A stretch of 64,000 nucleotides of DNA from an uncultured Rhodopirellula sp. (GCA_964007735.1 CAXGAI010000003.1:62001-126000); one strand, 5' to 3'; shown: positions 40,761 through 51,073, counted from the first letter of the stretch. Numbers and translations: made by a program. The notes: generated by a model from the sequence alone, not told the origin.

Positions 40761-41279
40761 TTATTTCAACTTTCTCAATCCGCGCGGCTCCCGAATATCG
40801 TTCACCAGTTTTGCTGCGCGAGGTTCGAGCTTAAGAAATTTGAATAGCTGAGATTTTGTACAAGAGAGTTTCTCAGATACAGGCTGCAACTCGCCCTTAG
40901 CGGCGACAACCAGATCCAATACTTCACTTAACAGAGTGGGAAAATCTTGATGCTGGGGATTCACTTTAATACGTCCCTTGCAAACTCTGGAATTCCACAA
41001 CTCGCTTGCTTTCATGGATGCTTCACAGCGGACAGCCAATGCCAGATTGATCCGCAATCTGAACAAGGCGGTTTTGCGATTCGCCTCCTGGGACCTCTTT
41101 TCATTAGCAGAGCCTATTACACCCGTCTCGACATGCTCATAGACAACAGCTGTCTCCACCTTATTTCGATGCTGTCCGCCTGGGCCGCTCCTACGTTGTC
41201 GCCGACTCGCACACCGATCCAACAAATACAAATCTTCCCATCCGGCTGGATGAGATTGAAAAGCTGGATCGTTAATCAT
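40761..41279 (-). CDS. Peptide chain release factor-like protein (GGQ domain)
   Basis: RRSGPGGQHRNKVETAV..H..TG..EKRSQEANR; lacks the codon-recognition domains. Confidence 0.88.
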   Translation of the reverse strand: MINDPAFQSHPAGWEDLYLLDRCASRRQRRSGPGGQHRNKVETAVVYEHVETGVIGSANEKRSQEANRKTALFRLRINLALAVRCEASMKASELWNSRVCKGRIKVNPQHQDFPTLLSEVLDLVVAAKGELQPVSEKLSCTKSQLFKFLKLEPRAAKLVNDIREPRGLRKLK

Positions 41280-43425
41280 GGCGAGACCCTAGCAATCGAA
41301 GGGCATTCAGGACCACAAGCATCGTAGCTCCGGTATCTGCCAGCACCGCAAGCCATAGATATGCATAACCTGACAATGCTGCCGCCAACACGATTAATTT
41401 AGCACCAATTGCCAATATTATATTGAAACGGACAGTACCTTTGACTTCTCTGGCAAACCGAACCAGCCACGGCAACTTAAGAAGGTCATTATTCATTAAT
41501 GAAATGTCCGCCGACTTGAGCACGACATCCAATCCCATCGCGCCCATGGCAATACCAACATCCGCTCGAGCCAAAGACGGAGCATCATTAATGCCATCCC
41601 CCACCATCGCAACCGACATCTGCTGTTTTAACTGCTTTACTATCTCCACTTTTTGACGAGGTAACAACTCACCGTGAGCTGCTGTCATGCCAAGTTGCTC
41701 CTGCACCGACTCTACATGAAAAGCATTATCCCCTGACAAAATTTCTGTTCGCTTCACCCCCAATGCATTTAAGCTATGGACCATTTTCAAACTCTCACCT
41801 CGCAGTTCGTCGCTAAGCCGAATGATCCCCGCCAACTGATCATTTAGCCCGACAACAACAACCGAACCATTCAAGTCATCAGTTTCCAACTGTTCGGACA
41901 ACCCTGTCGTATCCCGAAGTTCTCCCATCGCCCAATTCACACTTCCGATCCAAACATTCCGGCCATTTAATTGTCCCCTAATCCCACGACCGTGAAGTGT
42001 CTCGGTCTTAGCATTGCAGTCTGCTATAAACCCCTGCTTTTCTGCATAATTTCGGATCGCCTCTGCCAAAGGATGGTGGCTTTTAAATTCCAATGACAAG
42101 GCAATTTCAAACACTTCATCAAGCGTGTGCACACCCGACACCCAAACCGATTCAACGACCGGGCGGCCATATGTCAGCGTGCCTGTTTTGTCGAAACAAA
42201 AAGCCTGTACCCCGGCGATGGCCTCAAGAAATCGCCCTCCCCGGATTAAGACTCCTTCTTTAATACCGCGCGTCAAAGCAATCGTGGTTGCTACCGGAGT
42301 GGAAATCACCAAAGCACATGGACAGGAGATTACAAGTACCACCAAAGCCAGATGGAAGTATTCGTCAAAAGGTAAACTGAATACCACTGCCGGGATGACC
42401 ATCAACAATAATGAAGCCAGCATCACGAGCGGAGTGTAGATTTCCGCAAACTTTTCAACCGTCGTTTGGATACCTGCCTTCTGCCGTTGTGCATCAGCCA
42501 CCATGGCCATCGTGCGGGTAATCGACGAATCATTCACTCGGGACGATGTTTCCAACTGCAGGGTGCTATCGATGTTCGTCGTACCTGCAAACACCAGATC
42601 ACCCATTCGCTTGGTTACCGGCATCGACTCTCCAGTAATAGAAGCTTCGTTGACGTGCGACTCGCCTCTCACAACATGCCCATCAAGTGGGATCAATTCC
42701 CCTGCCCAAACTTCAACTAAACTACCGACATCTACCTGTTCAATCGGTAATTCCACCGATTGTCCATGTCCGGACCTGCGACATCTGGCAATCAAGGGCG
42801 ACTGTTGCAAGTGACCTCGCATGGCAGTTTGTACCTGCTTCATGCTCCACTGTTCCAGCCATACCGAGACTGAAAACAGAAATGTCACCATACTAGCTTC
42901 AAACCACTCTCCCAGTACTAACGCTCCGATCACCGCAACAATCATCAAAAGATTCATGTCCGCTCGACCACGGCTTAACGCTCGAAACCCCGGAGGAATG
43001 ACGAACACAAACCCTAACAAAACACTCACACCATAAAGAACGCGTGTGTAAACCGTAGTGCCACTTGTAATCCAATACAGGAGACCACTCACAGGAATAA
43101 ACTGAATTGCATGAAAAATGATGCCTGCTATAAAACTCAGGCCAGACAACCAAGTAAGGATAGTCCGTAGACGCTGCCGTCGACTTTGGAAATCGGTCAT
43201 ATCACGCACATCCCGCCAGGGATGGGCAGTCATTCCAATCTCGGACAAGAATCTGACGACACCATTTGGAGTGAGGACGCCGGGATCGTGCTGTACATTT
43301 AAGCGCTGACTAAAAACATCGCATTCCATTTTGCCAATACCCGGTCTACGACTTAATTCAGCCTGAATAAGCGCAACCTCTGTCGGGCAACACATTTCTT
43401 CAATGAATAAGCTTAACCACTGCAT
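41272..43425 (-). CDS. Heavy-metal P1B ATPase (Zn/Cd/Pb type, CadA/ZntA-like)
   Basis: N-terminal MCCPTE, TGES, CPC, DKTGT, HPL, GDGINDAP; Lys and Asp in the last TM helices. Confidence 0.92.
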   Translation of the reverse strand: MQWLSLFIEEMCCPTEVALIQAELSRRPGIGKMECDVFSQRLNVQHDPGVLTPNGVVRFLSEIGMTAHPWRDVRDMTDFQSRRQRLRTILTWLSGLSFIAGIIFHAIQFIPVSGLLYWITSGTTVYTRVLYGVSVLLGFVFVIPPGFRALSRGRADMNLLMIVAVIGALVLGEWFEASMVTFLFSVSVWLEQWSMKQVQTAMRGHLQQSPLIARCRRSGHGQSVELPIEQVDVGSLVEVWAGELIPLDGHVVRGESHVNEASITGESMPVTKRMGDLVFAGTTNIDSTLQLETSSRVNDSSITRTMAMVADAQRQKAGIQTTVEKFAEIYTPLVMLASLLLMVIPAVVFSLPFDEYFHLALVVLVISCPCALVISTPVATTIALTRGIKEGVLIRGGRFLEAIAGVQAFCFDKTGTLTYGRPVVESVWVSGVHTLDEVFEIALSLEFKSHHPLAEAIRNYAEKQGFIADCNAKTETLHGRGIRGQLNGRNVWIGSVNWAMGELRDTTGLSEQLETDDLNGSVVVVGLNDQLAGIIRLSDELRGESLKMVHSLNALGVKRTEILSGDNAFHVESVQEQLGMTAAHGELLPRQKVEIVKQLKQQMSVAMVGDGINDAPSLARADVGIAMGAMGLDVVLKSADISLMNNDLLKLPWLVRFAREVKGTVRFNIILAIGAKLIVLAAALSGYAYLWLAVLADTGATMLVVLNALRLLGSRHD

Positions 43426-43503
43426 ATTTGGGTACCACTACTGCCAGCAACCTTTACTGCTACACGCGTATTAATTATTCGATATGTCTGGCAGAAATGT
43501 CAA

Positions 43504-44565
43504 TCAAGACCAACGAACGCTGCCGTCGCCAGATTCAACTTTACCAATCACCCAGCTTTTAAGGCCCGAATTTTTAAGCATCCGTTGGATATTCTCGGCA
43601 TAGAAAGGACTTACCACTAAGGTCAGACCACAGCCACGATTGAAAACTTTATCCATCTCTTCTTCTTCAATTTCGCCGAGTTTTTGAATCCAATCAAACA
43701 CGGGCAATACGTCCCAGGAATCTCGATCTATCACTGCCGTCACGTTCTCAGGCATGATACGTTCCAGATTTTCCTGAAGTCCTCCGCCGGTAATATGTGC
43801 AATACCATGAACAACTTTTTTAACTTTATAATAGGACAGAATTCTCTGCAGTGCCCGAGCGTAAATTCTAGTCGGCGTCAGTAAAGCCTCGCCTACCGTG
43901 ACTCCTAGCTCTTCCACGTGGTCATCGACACTCAAACCAGCCATTTCAAAAACGACTTTTCTCACAAGGCTAAACCCGTTGGAGTGGATCCCACTTGATT
44001 CAATTCCGATTACAATATCGTCCTCGGTAATCGCTGCACCGTCAATTAACTCGTCCTGTTCAACGACACCTACGCAAAAACCGGCTAAGTCGTACTCACC
44101 GTGCTGATACAAATCGGGCATAATCGCAGTCTCGCCTGCCAGCAACGCACAATCAGCATCTACACAGCCATCACTAATCCCCTGGACAACTTGTTCTAGT
44201 CCTTCAGGATCATCGTGACTCATGGCAACATAATCCAGGAAGAACAGAGGTTCAGCCCCGCAGCAGATAATGTCGTTGACACACATCGCTACCAGATCGA
44301 TACCAACGGTATCATGACGTTCAACAAGCTGAGCAACTTTAAGCTTAGTTCCTACTCCATCAGTTCCGGAAACCAAAACGGGGTTATTGTAGGAGCGTTT
44401 AAAAAGACCGTTATGAAAATCCAGCTTGAAAAGACCTGCAAAACCACCATCCAGTCGCATGACACGTGGCGAGAACGTTCGCTGCATCAGTTTGGGAAGT
44501 CGCGACATGGATTCCGCATAGACTTCCAGATCGACCCCTGCATCCTTGTAAGTGGCCTTGGCCAT
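43504..44565 (-). CDS. purM: Phosphoribosylformylglycinamidine cyclo-ligase (AIR synthase)
   Basis: YKDAGVD, GTDGVGTK, DLVAMCVND, GETA, SSGIHSNGFSL, HITGGG. Confidence 0.97.
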   Translation of the reverse strand: MAKATYKDAGVDLEVYAESMSRLPKLMQRTFSPRVMRLDGGFAGLFKLDFHNGLFKRSYNNPVLVSGTDGVGTKLKVAQLVERHDTVGIDLVAMCVNDIICCGAEPLFFLDYVAMSHDDPEGLEQVVQGISDGCVDADCALLAGETAIMPDLYQHGEYDLAGFCVGVVEQDELIDGAAITEDDIVIGIESSGIHSNGFSLVRKVVFEMAGLSVDDHVEELGVTVGEALLTPTRIYARALQRILSYYKVKKVVHGIAHITGGGLQENLERIMPENVTAVIDRDSWDVLPVFDWIQKLGEIEEEEMDKVFNRGCGLTLVVSPFYAENIQRMLKNSGLKSWVIGKVESGDGSVRWS

Positions 44566-44684
44566 CTATGCAATTCCTTCTGTGGACTGGAAAACAACGG
44601 TGTATTTGAACAAGTGAATAAACGCCATTCTACACTTTGTCACGTGAAATAATAGTTAGCCGGCAACCGGATTCTGCGAGCCTG

Positions 44685-47204
44685 TTATTTGCTTAACTCT
44701 TCAAGAATGCCCTGAATATCGCCCGCCGTATAGACGGCAACCAAAGTCCGAGGTCCCTCCCCCTGTTCTGGCGAATAGAAAGCAATGATTGGAAGTTGCT
44801 TACCTTTGCCCAGTTTTTCCAGTTCCGCGTCAATCTCTAAACCAGTCTTCGAATCCATGTCTGTCCAGTCAGCTACCAGTTGAACCACTTCATGTTCATT
44901 CAATGCATCTTGAACTACATCGGTATTGAGAACAGCTTTTTCCAAAGTCTTGCATGTCAAACACCAATCTGCCGTAAAGTCCACCATCACCAAACGCTTG
45001 TCCTGATTGACCAGTCGATCCAGCCGCGATGCCGTATAAAGGTTTTTCTCACCTTCTTTGATGGCAATTTCAACATCACCACCTTCAACCTGACGCTCAA
45101 GAACTTGCTTCTCTACAAACGCTTCGAGACGGCCTTCCATTTCCGTGGCAAACCAACCAAAACAAAACCAACCCAGCAAACTGGCAAACGCGACCGCACC
45201 TAGACGATGCCTGACCTTGGTTCCTTTTGATGCTATGAAAGGAACTCGTCCATACCACCAGCAAGCAGCCCATAATGCAAACAGAAAACCAATGGTTGGT
45301 ACGATCAGCGAATAACCAACGTAGGTCAAAATGAATACGATTGTGGCCAACAATATGTATCCCATCAACTCTTTGAATGTTTCCATCCAGATTCCGGGTT
45401 TAGGTAAAAACTTCACTAGCCCTGGAAAGGCTCCGATGACCAAATAGGGGATTGCCATTCCAATCCCAAGTGCAAAGAACACCAAATAGACATTAATCGC
45501 TCCCTGAGAGCCGCCGTCCTGAGCCATCTGCTTTGCACAGTAAGTCAACGCAACACCGAGCCCGGGACCACTACAAGGAATTGCCAATAGCGTCGTGATA
45601 ATACCTTTAAGATAAGCCGCAACGGGCCCTTCTTTTTCAGCTGACTTTGCCATTTCGCTTGACCCAACAAATCCGGGGATTGGAATCTCCCAAACCCCGA
45701 TAAAACTCAAACCCATCACGAAAATGACGGCAATCATGATGATATTAAAGCTATCACTTTGGTTCTGCTGGCCCCAGCCCAGCCCCATAAAAATCGCCAG
45801 CGTTGCAAATACCAGGAATACGGTCATCAACCCAAATGAATACCACAGATTCAAGGTAAAGACTTTACTCCGTGATTCACCCGACTGATTCACAAAGGAC
45901 ATGATCTTCAGTCCAATGACGGGAAGGACACACGGCATGAAGTTCAGGATAAAACCTCCTAGCAAAGCAAACCCCAGCACAGCGATGAGTGACATTTCTT
46001 CGCGCTCATTTTCTGCATCACCAGAATCGGTTGTTTCCTTTGGGGTTTCTTTGTCTGCGTTTAAACTACTCAGATCAACACCAATATTAGCCAGCGACAC
46101 ATCCAGTTTTGCTGAGAAATTGAGTTTCTGCGGAACACAAATTCCCAAGTCATCCGTACATGCTAAGGCATCAACAATAACTTTAATCTCAAGCCCCGTC
46201 GGGTCTCCCGGCGGACCAAGAATCGGAACATCCCAATTGACTGTACCTTTCACTTCTTCAACATCGAGATCTCCGTACACTTCATAGTGATGAATTTCAG
46301 GGGAACTATCGCTGACAACCGGACCACTAACCTGAACACCTTCCCCCGTTACTTTAAGAATCGTTGGTAACGGACCACCGCGTTTCTGTGTGAGCGAATA
46401 AATGTGGAAACCTTCGGTAACAGTCACTGCAACTCGAACCACGCCCTTTCCGGTTTCCGGATTAACATAGTAGCTAGCTGCGCCTTCGATCTTCTCATTA
46501 TTAGAGGCTACTCCTGGGCTCTCAAAGCCTCCACCAAGACCGGGCGACTCAAATCCACCACCAAGATTAAATGGCGAAGCACCTAATTCCGTCGTAGCCG
46601 GATCACCCATTGGTTCCTCGGTTTGCTTCTTAGCATCTACTTCACTGGATATTGCTTCTAACTCTCCGTTGTAATTCGCAATGACTTCATTCTTTTGGGG
46701 AACACAGATCCCCAAGTCATCCGTACAAGCCAGGCTAGATATTTGTAATCTCAATTTAGAACTAGCTGGGTCAGTTACGGGACTTTCAAAAGTGAGGGCG
46801 GCCGTCCAGGTAATCTTACCCCTATGCTCTTCAATATCCAGGTCACCATAAGCGGCCTCGTATTGATGTATTTCAGCGGGTTGATCAGGAGTAAAGCCTC
46901 CAAGCTTTATTCCACTTTCAAGATCAACAAGTGAAATAACTGTTGGGAGCGGCCCCCCTTTTTTCTGTGTTACTGAGTAAATATGAAAACCTTCAACAAC
47001 GGTTGCCGTAATGGAGACGACACCTTCTGTCTTTGAACCGGACTTCATCTGAAATTCACCGGTGGCGGTTACCCTGGGAGCGTTCTCTATACCAAATTGA
47101 GCCAGACCATCCGCTTGAAACAACAAGACAGAGGCTAGAGTAACCAACAGTTCAAGAAAGCAATTGTAAAAGGTCGGTTTATTCATATTCATTCCATGGG
47201 TCAC
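44685..47204 (-). CDS. dsbD: DsbD-family disulfide reductase with two N-terminal domains
   Basis: CTDDLGIC twice; TM motifs MPCVLP and IPCSGP; thioredoxin DFTADWCLTC. Confidence 0.85.
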   Translation of the reverse strand: MTHGMNMNKPTFYNCFLELLVTLASVLLFQADGLAQFGIENAPRVTATGEFQMKSGSKTEGVVSITATVVEGFHIYSVTQKKGGPLPTVISLVDLESGIKLGGFTPDQPAEIHQYEAAYGDLDIEEHRGKITWTAALTFESPVTDPASSKLRLQISSLACTDDLGICVPQKNEVIANYNGELEAISSEVDAKKQTEEPMGDPATTELGASPFNLGGGFESPGLGGGFESPGVASNNEKIEGAASYYVNPETGKGVVRVAVTVTEGFHIYSLTQKRGGPLPTILKVTGEGVQVSGPVVSDSSPEIHHYEVYGDLDVEEVKGTVNWDVPILGPPGDPTGLEIKVIVDALACTDDLGICVPQKLNFSAKLDVSLANIGVDLSSLNADKETPKETTDSGDAENEREEMSLIAVLGFALLGGFILNFMPCVLPVIGLKIMSFVNQSGESRSKVFTLNLWYSFGLMTVFLVFATLAIFMGLGWGQQNQSDSFNIIMIAVIFVMGLSFIGVWEIPIPGFVGSSEMAKSAEKEGPVAAYLKGIITTLLAIPCSGPGLGVALTYCAKQMAQDGGSQGAINVYLVFFALGIGMAIPYLVIGAFPGLVKFLPKPGIWMETFKELMGYILLATIVFILTYVGYSLIVPTIGFLFALWAACWWYGRVPFIASKGTKVRHRLGAVAFASLLGWFCFGWFATEMEGRLEAFVEKQVLERQVEGGDVEIAIKEGEKNLYTASRLDRLVNQDKRLVMVDFTADWCLTCKTLEKAVLNTDVVQDALNEHEVVQLVADWTDMDSKTGLEIDAELEKLGKGKQLPIIAFYSPEQGEGPRTLVAVYTAGDIQGILEELSK

Positions 47205-47328
47205 GAGAAACCCTATAAGCAGAAATCATAACCATCTAATAAAGTTTTGATTTTAAACAAACGTCATGATCGCATCTATAGTCGCCGCCTTAACTTCAAA
47301 GCAAATCCATCGGAAGATCAAAACAAAT

Positions 47329-48294
47329 CTAAAAAACAATTCGTTGAGCAATACCGTGGAGATGTCGATTCACGATCTCCATCTGCTTAAAAACTCTCTG
47401 TTCCAGGCCAAGCCAGATGAGCCACTGTACTCCGGCTAATACTACGTATGCGCGGTCAAAAAGTTCGACTAACTCAACACCATTTCTATCCAATGCACGC
47501 TCCCTTTGGTAGTACTCCAGACCTTGTGCCTTGACTGAATCGCTATGACCACGGCAGCTACCAAGAAATCTAGACAAGTCTAGGCACGCCGAGTCCATTT
47601 TGAGAGCTCCAAAATCAATGACTCCTGAGACTTTGCCTCCTTCAAAGAATACGTGATCTGACCAGATATCCGATAAGGCAGGGAGCACCATCATCTCAAG
47701 ATGAGCGTAGTGTTCGAGTTCCTGCAACAATCTGGGAAGCTTTTGTCGGGCGTACGAAATGAAAAGATGTGCCAATCCCGCATCTAATCCTATAATTTCA
47801 CAGTCCGACAATCGATCCAGTTGGCCTTCTACAAGCTGTCGGCTTAACTTCAAGCGATATGCCAGCGCAGTCGACCTGCCTTTCTCTGATATCAGGGATG
47901 ATGATAAATTGTGATATTTTGCTAACCACTGCATTGCACTTTGGAGCTGAGTTTCTGTAAGAATCCGATCTTTCACCGGGGCGCCTGCTACCCAGGGGCT
48001 TAAATCCCAAAAACGGTTTTCCAACAAGAGGAATCTTCGGCCAGTGTTTGTCTCCTGCGGTACAGCGATTGGAAGTCCTTGTCGCTGCATTTCAGGAATG
48101 ACTCGGCTGATCAATTGTCTGGTACGTACCGATGGTTTATCTTTGGGCCATTGTTTCAAACAATAGTCCTGAGAATCCCAAGCAACTTTCCAAATGCTCG
48201 AGCCACTAAAACCAGCTCCTCCATGAAAGGGAGTTACCGAATCCGGTGGCCGGATATCATATTTTTGCAAAACTCGTATAATTAAATCGGACAT
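47329..48294 (-). CDS. APH/choline-kinase-like phosphotransferase
   Basis: GFSGS..WKV..LK, LSDIWSDH (Brenner-like), IDFG, DLSRFL. Start ATG 48294 chosen to avoid overlapping P-II. Confidence 0.8.
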   Translation of the reverse strand: MSDLIIRVLQKYDIRPPDSVTPFHGGAGFSGSSIWKVAWDSQDYCLKQWPKDKPSVRTRQLISRVIPEMQRQGLPIAVPQETNTGRRFLLLENRFWDLSPWVAGAPVKDRILTETQLQSAMQWLAKYHNLSSSLISEKGRSTALAYRLKLSRQLVEGQLDRLSDCEIIGLDAGLAHLFISYARQKLPRLLQELEHYAHLEMMVLPALSDIWSDHVFFEGGKVSGVIDFGALKMDSACLDLSRFLGSCRGHSDSVKAQGLEYYQRERALDRNGVELVELFDRAYVVLAGVQWLIWLGLEQRVFKQMEIVNRHLHGIAQRIVF

Positions 48295-48345
48295 CGAAAC
48301 CCACAAAGCTACCAATCCATTCAGGTATGTAGACCAGCCACATCC

Positions 48346-48693
48346 ATGAAACTCGTCGTTGCAATTATACAACCTACCAAACTAAGAGCCGTGCAATCTG
48401 CTCTGGAAAAGGCCGGAGTAACCCGCATGACAGTCTGCGACGCGCAGGGATTTGCACGCCAACGCGGACAAACCCCACTCTATCGGGGTATGGAATATAA
48501 ATCCCAACTTCTACGAAAAATTACTTTGGAGATCGCTGTCAACAACGACTTTGTAGAACGCACAATCGACATCATTTGTGCCGCAGCAAAAACAGGAGCG
48601 GAAGGCAATATTGGTGATGGGAAGATATTTGTCATGCCGATCGCGGACACCATCGACCTAAGTGCGGATGTACGAGGCCCGGAAGCCGTCTAG
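48346..48693 (+). CDS. glnB: P-II nitrogen regulatory protein
   Basis: AIIQP, GFARQRG, YRGMEY (Y51), K58, GDGKIFV. The glnB versus glnK assignment is uncertain. Confidence 0.88.
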   Translation: MKLVVAIIQPTKLRAVQSALEKAGVTRMTVCDAQGFARQRGQTPLYRGMEYKSQLLRKITLEIAVNNDFVERTIDIICAAAKTGAEGNIGDGKIFVMPIADTIDLSADVRGPEAV

Positions 48694-48715
48694 AGCATTT
48701 TCTTTTTCGATTCCA

Positions 48716-49063
48716 TTAACCGATGGCGAAGATCTCTGACAAATTCTGATTAAACTGCCCGTTTGTCATGACCTCATCAAACCCTGCCTGTCTAGCTCCG
48801 ACTAATTTCTCTCCCTGTACATGAGGTCCAAAGGCCAATGTCTTTATTTGTTGACCACTGGATGCAATGATTTCAAAAACTACCGCCGGTTCAAACAGTG
48901 AACAAGATAAATCAAGGATTGCCAACTCGTAAATCCCCTGCTGCAACTCGTCTTCAAGTTTACCGGGCGACAATACCGTCTTCACACTACTACCATGCAT
49001 CGCGGCAGCATGAGTAACACGCGGTCCGAACATCAGGTCACTAGACAAAAACAAACAATTCAT
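48716..49063 (-). CDS. Single-domain receiver-like (CheY-fold) protein
   Basis: SDLMF, LAILDL, AFGPHV, ARQAGFDEV; the conserved Lys is absent. Confidence 0.7.
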   Translation of the reverse strand: MNCLFLSSDLMFGPRVTHAAAMHGSSVKTVLSPGKLEDELQQGIYELAILDLSCSLFEPAVVFEIIASSGQQIKTLAFGPHVQGEKLVGARQAGFDEVMTNGQFNQNLSEIFAIG

Positions 49064-49099
49064 TTGGTCACTATAGTAGGCTGATTAGTGTAAACATCA

Positions 49100-50434
49100 T
49101 TATGAGGTTGACTCAGCCGATTGCTCCGCTGTCTGCTGAATTAAGTCCTCAAGTCCATACTTCGTTTTATCATCAATAACAAAGACTTCATCCAAGGGAG
49201 TGTGATCGACAAATCGACGCAGCAGGAGGTAAATCCCGGAGAAACTGGAGAAGAAGAATCCCACGCAAAATGCATCTGCCATCAAATGGGCAAACCAATG
49301 CAACCCTGAAATTATCTTTGCCCCCATTACAAAGCTCTGGCTCTCACCATCCAATGAGACCTGTCCTGTGAGGTAATCCTGAATTAACTGGCCTTCCTCC
49401 GCCGCCACGTTCATCCCACTAAAAATGACTTGCTCAGCAAGGCTTGTGAAATTCTGCACCAGCATTACCGATGGCACCCAAATCACGATACTAATCAAGA
49501 CATAAAAAAGATACTGAACTGGGGCCTGAAACGTATACGCAAAGGTTCGACTTGTGGCTTCGTAAACATCACCAGCCTCTTCTGCACTAATCGTCGGCCA
49601 CATTAACGGCCACCCGAAGAATAATCCTGTTAATAAAACAGCGACTCCAATACTAGCAACAATTGCAACTATCCACAGCAACGAGGCCAGAAGGACACCA
49701 AGATCAAAATTCAACAACAAACTTATCAATACGATTGGCAACGAAAGAACAAAACAAGAAACCAGAACAAACAGCGGGGACATGACATACGAAATGTATT
49801 TCTTTCGCACATCAGCCATTGCCTCTTTAAGCCCGATTTTCTCACCTCGCCCAATACGAATTACGGCGATCCGGGTTATCATCGCACCAAAGAACCCCCA
49901 GACAACCAGCAACCAGGCAAAATCAACAATGCAAATTGCGTAGCTTGTCTTGGCATCTAAATCACGATCTTCGCCCATGAACATCTCGTGCAAATCACCT
50001 AAAAGTGTCAGACCTTCCCCAACAAGCAATCGCTCAAAAACAGACCTCGGGTCATCTTCAGTAATAGGGCCAATCGCTGGAACTGCGTAGTCTGCTGGTT
50101 GCACGGCAGCCACAGGTTCTGGAATTTGCTCTCTGCTATCAATCAATGGAGCTTCAACAGCTGCTTGTAAGGCCGGATCTTCGGTGAATATGGTTTCCTG
50201 AGGAGTTACACTTTCCATCTCATCAGTCGTTACGCCTGCCGGGGCAACGGCTGGCTGTTCTGGAATCAAAAGGCTATCGGCAATTGCCCATCCGGAGATA
50301 GTCAAACCAACCCCGAACGATGCTAACAATAGTACCGGGATACTAACGGCAACGGTAAATGCTCGAGTTAAAGCAGTCCAGGGGAACACCTCGCGCCAGT
50401 CAACACCTCTGACCGTATCGTAATTATTAGCCAT
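49100..50434 (-). CDS. Hypothetical multi-pass membrane protein
   Basis: AAGGA RBS; about 7 TM segments; WREVFPW; IYLLLRRFVD. Confidence 0.8.
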   Translation of the reverse strand: MANNYDTVRGVDWREVFPWTALTRAFTVAVSIPVLLLASFGVGLTISGWAIADSLLIPEQPAVAPAGVTTDEMESVTPQETIFTEDPALQAAVEAPLIDSREQIPEPVAAVQPADYAVPAIGPITEDDPRSVFERLLVGEGLTLLGDLHEMFMGEDRDLDAKTSYAICIVDFAWLLVVWGFFGAMITRIAVIRIGRGEKIGLKEAMADVRKKYISYVMSPLFVLVSCFVLSLPIVLISLLLNFDLGVLLASLLWIVAIVASIGVAVLLTGLFFGWPLMWPTISAEEAGDVYEATSRTFAYTFQAPVQYLFYVLISIVIWVPSVMLVQNFTSLAEQVIFSGMNVAAEEGQLIQDYLTGQVSLDGESQSFVMGAKIISGLHWFAHLMADAFCVGFFFSSFSGIYLLLRRFVDHTPLDEVFVIDDKTKYGLEDLIQQTAEQSAESTS

Positions 50435-50478
50435 GACAGCTTTATTCCTTCATTCGTGTCTTAAATATCCCTTCATTG

Positions 50479-50676
50479 TTAGAGGTCAGAGCTTTCCTCT
50501 AACAACGGCTCTTCTTCCGTGGGCTCTAACGGCATTCCATATTCTTCATTAAACCAGCGCCCCAAGTCAACCTGACGACAACGACTGGAACAAAACGGCA
50601 TGGCGGCAGTCTCGTCGGTATTAAACTGTTTCATACAGGTTGGACATGTCAACATTATCATAGCCTGAGCATCCAT
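50479..50676 (-). CDS. yacG: DNA gyrase inhibitor YacG
   Basis: CPTC..PFCSSRCRQVDLGRWFNEEY. The true start may be a few codons downstream. Confidence 0.9.
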   Translation of the reverse strand: MDAQAMIMLTCPTCMKQFNTDETAAMPFCSSRCRQVDLGRWFNEEYGMPLEPTEEEPLLEESSDL

Positions 50677-50740
50677 TAGGATTGATGAACTGGAAACAAC
50701 TCAATATTCTATCGAGCCCCTATCTAAAAACACAAATACG

Positions 50741-51058
50741 TTAGCCGTTTCCTGAAGACTTTTTAGGTCCGTCTTTCTTAGCAGAAGACGATTTCTTAGC
50801 TTCGGAACTCTTCCCTTCGGATTTAGCGGACGACTCCGATTGCTTGGCCTTCTTAGCATCCGATTTGTAAGATTCACTACGATAGTCTGTCTCATAGAAT
50901 CCCGAGCCCTTAAATAATAACGCGGCACCTGTTCCAAATAACCGGCGAAGCTTCATCTTTTTACACTGGGGGCACTTTTTCTTATGCTTTTCGTTGATTC
51001 CCTGAAACAATTCAAAGGTATATCCGCACGCATCGCACTCATAATCGTAGGTAGGCAT
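50741..51058 (-). CDS. FmdB-family zinc-ribbon protein
   Basis: MPTYDYECDAC..CPQC..FKGSGFYETDY; Lys/Ser-rich tail. Confidence 0.92.
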   Translation of the reverse strand: MPTYDYECDACGYTFELFQGINEKHKKKCPQCKKMKLRRLFGTGAALLFKGSGFYETDYRSESYKSDAKKAKQSESSAKSEGKSSEAKKSSSAKKDGPKKSSGNG

Positions 51059-51073
51059 TCCCTTATCCCTGAA

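Noticed and set aside
41272..43425. Metal ATPase as part of a mobile resistance island
   Set aside because: No transposase, integrase, flanking repeats or metal regulator is present; it is embedded directly after purM.
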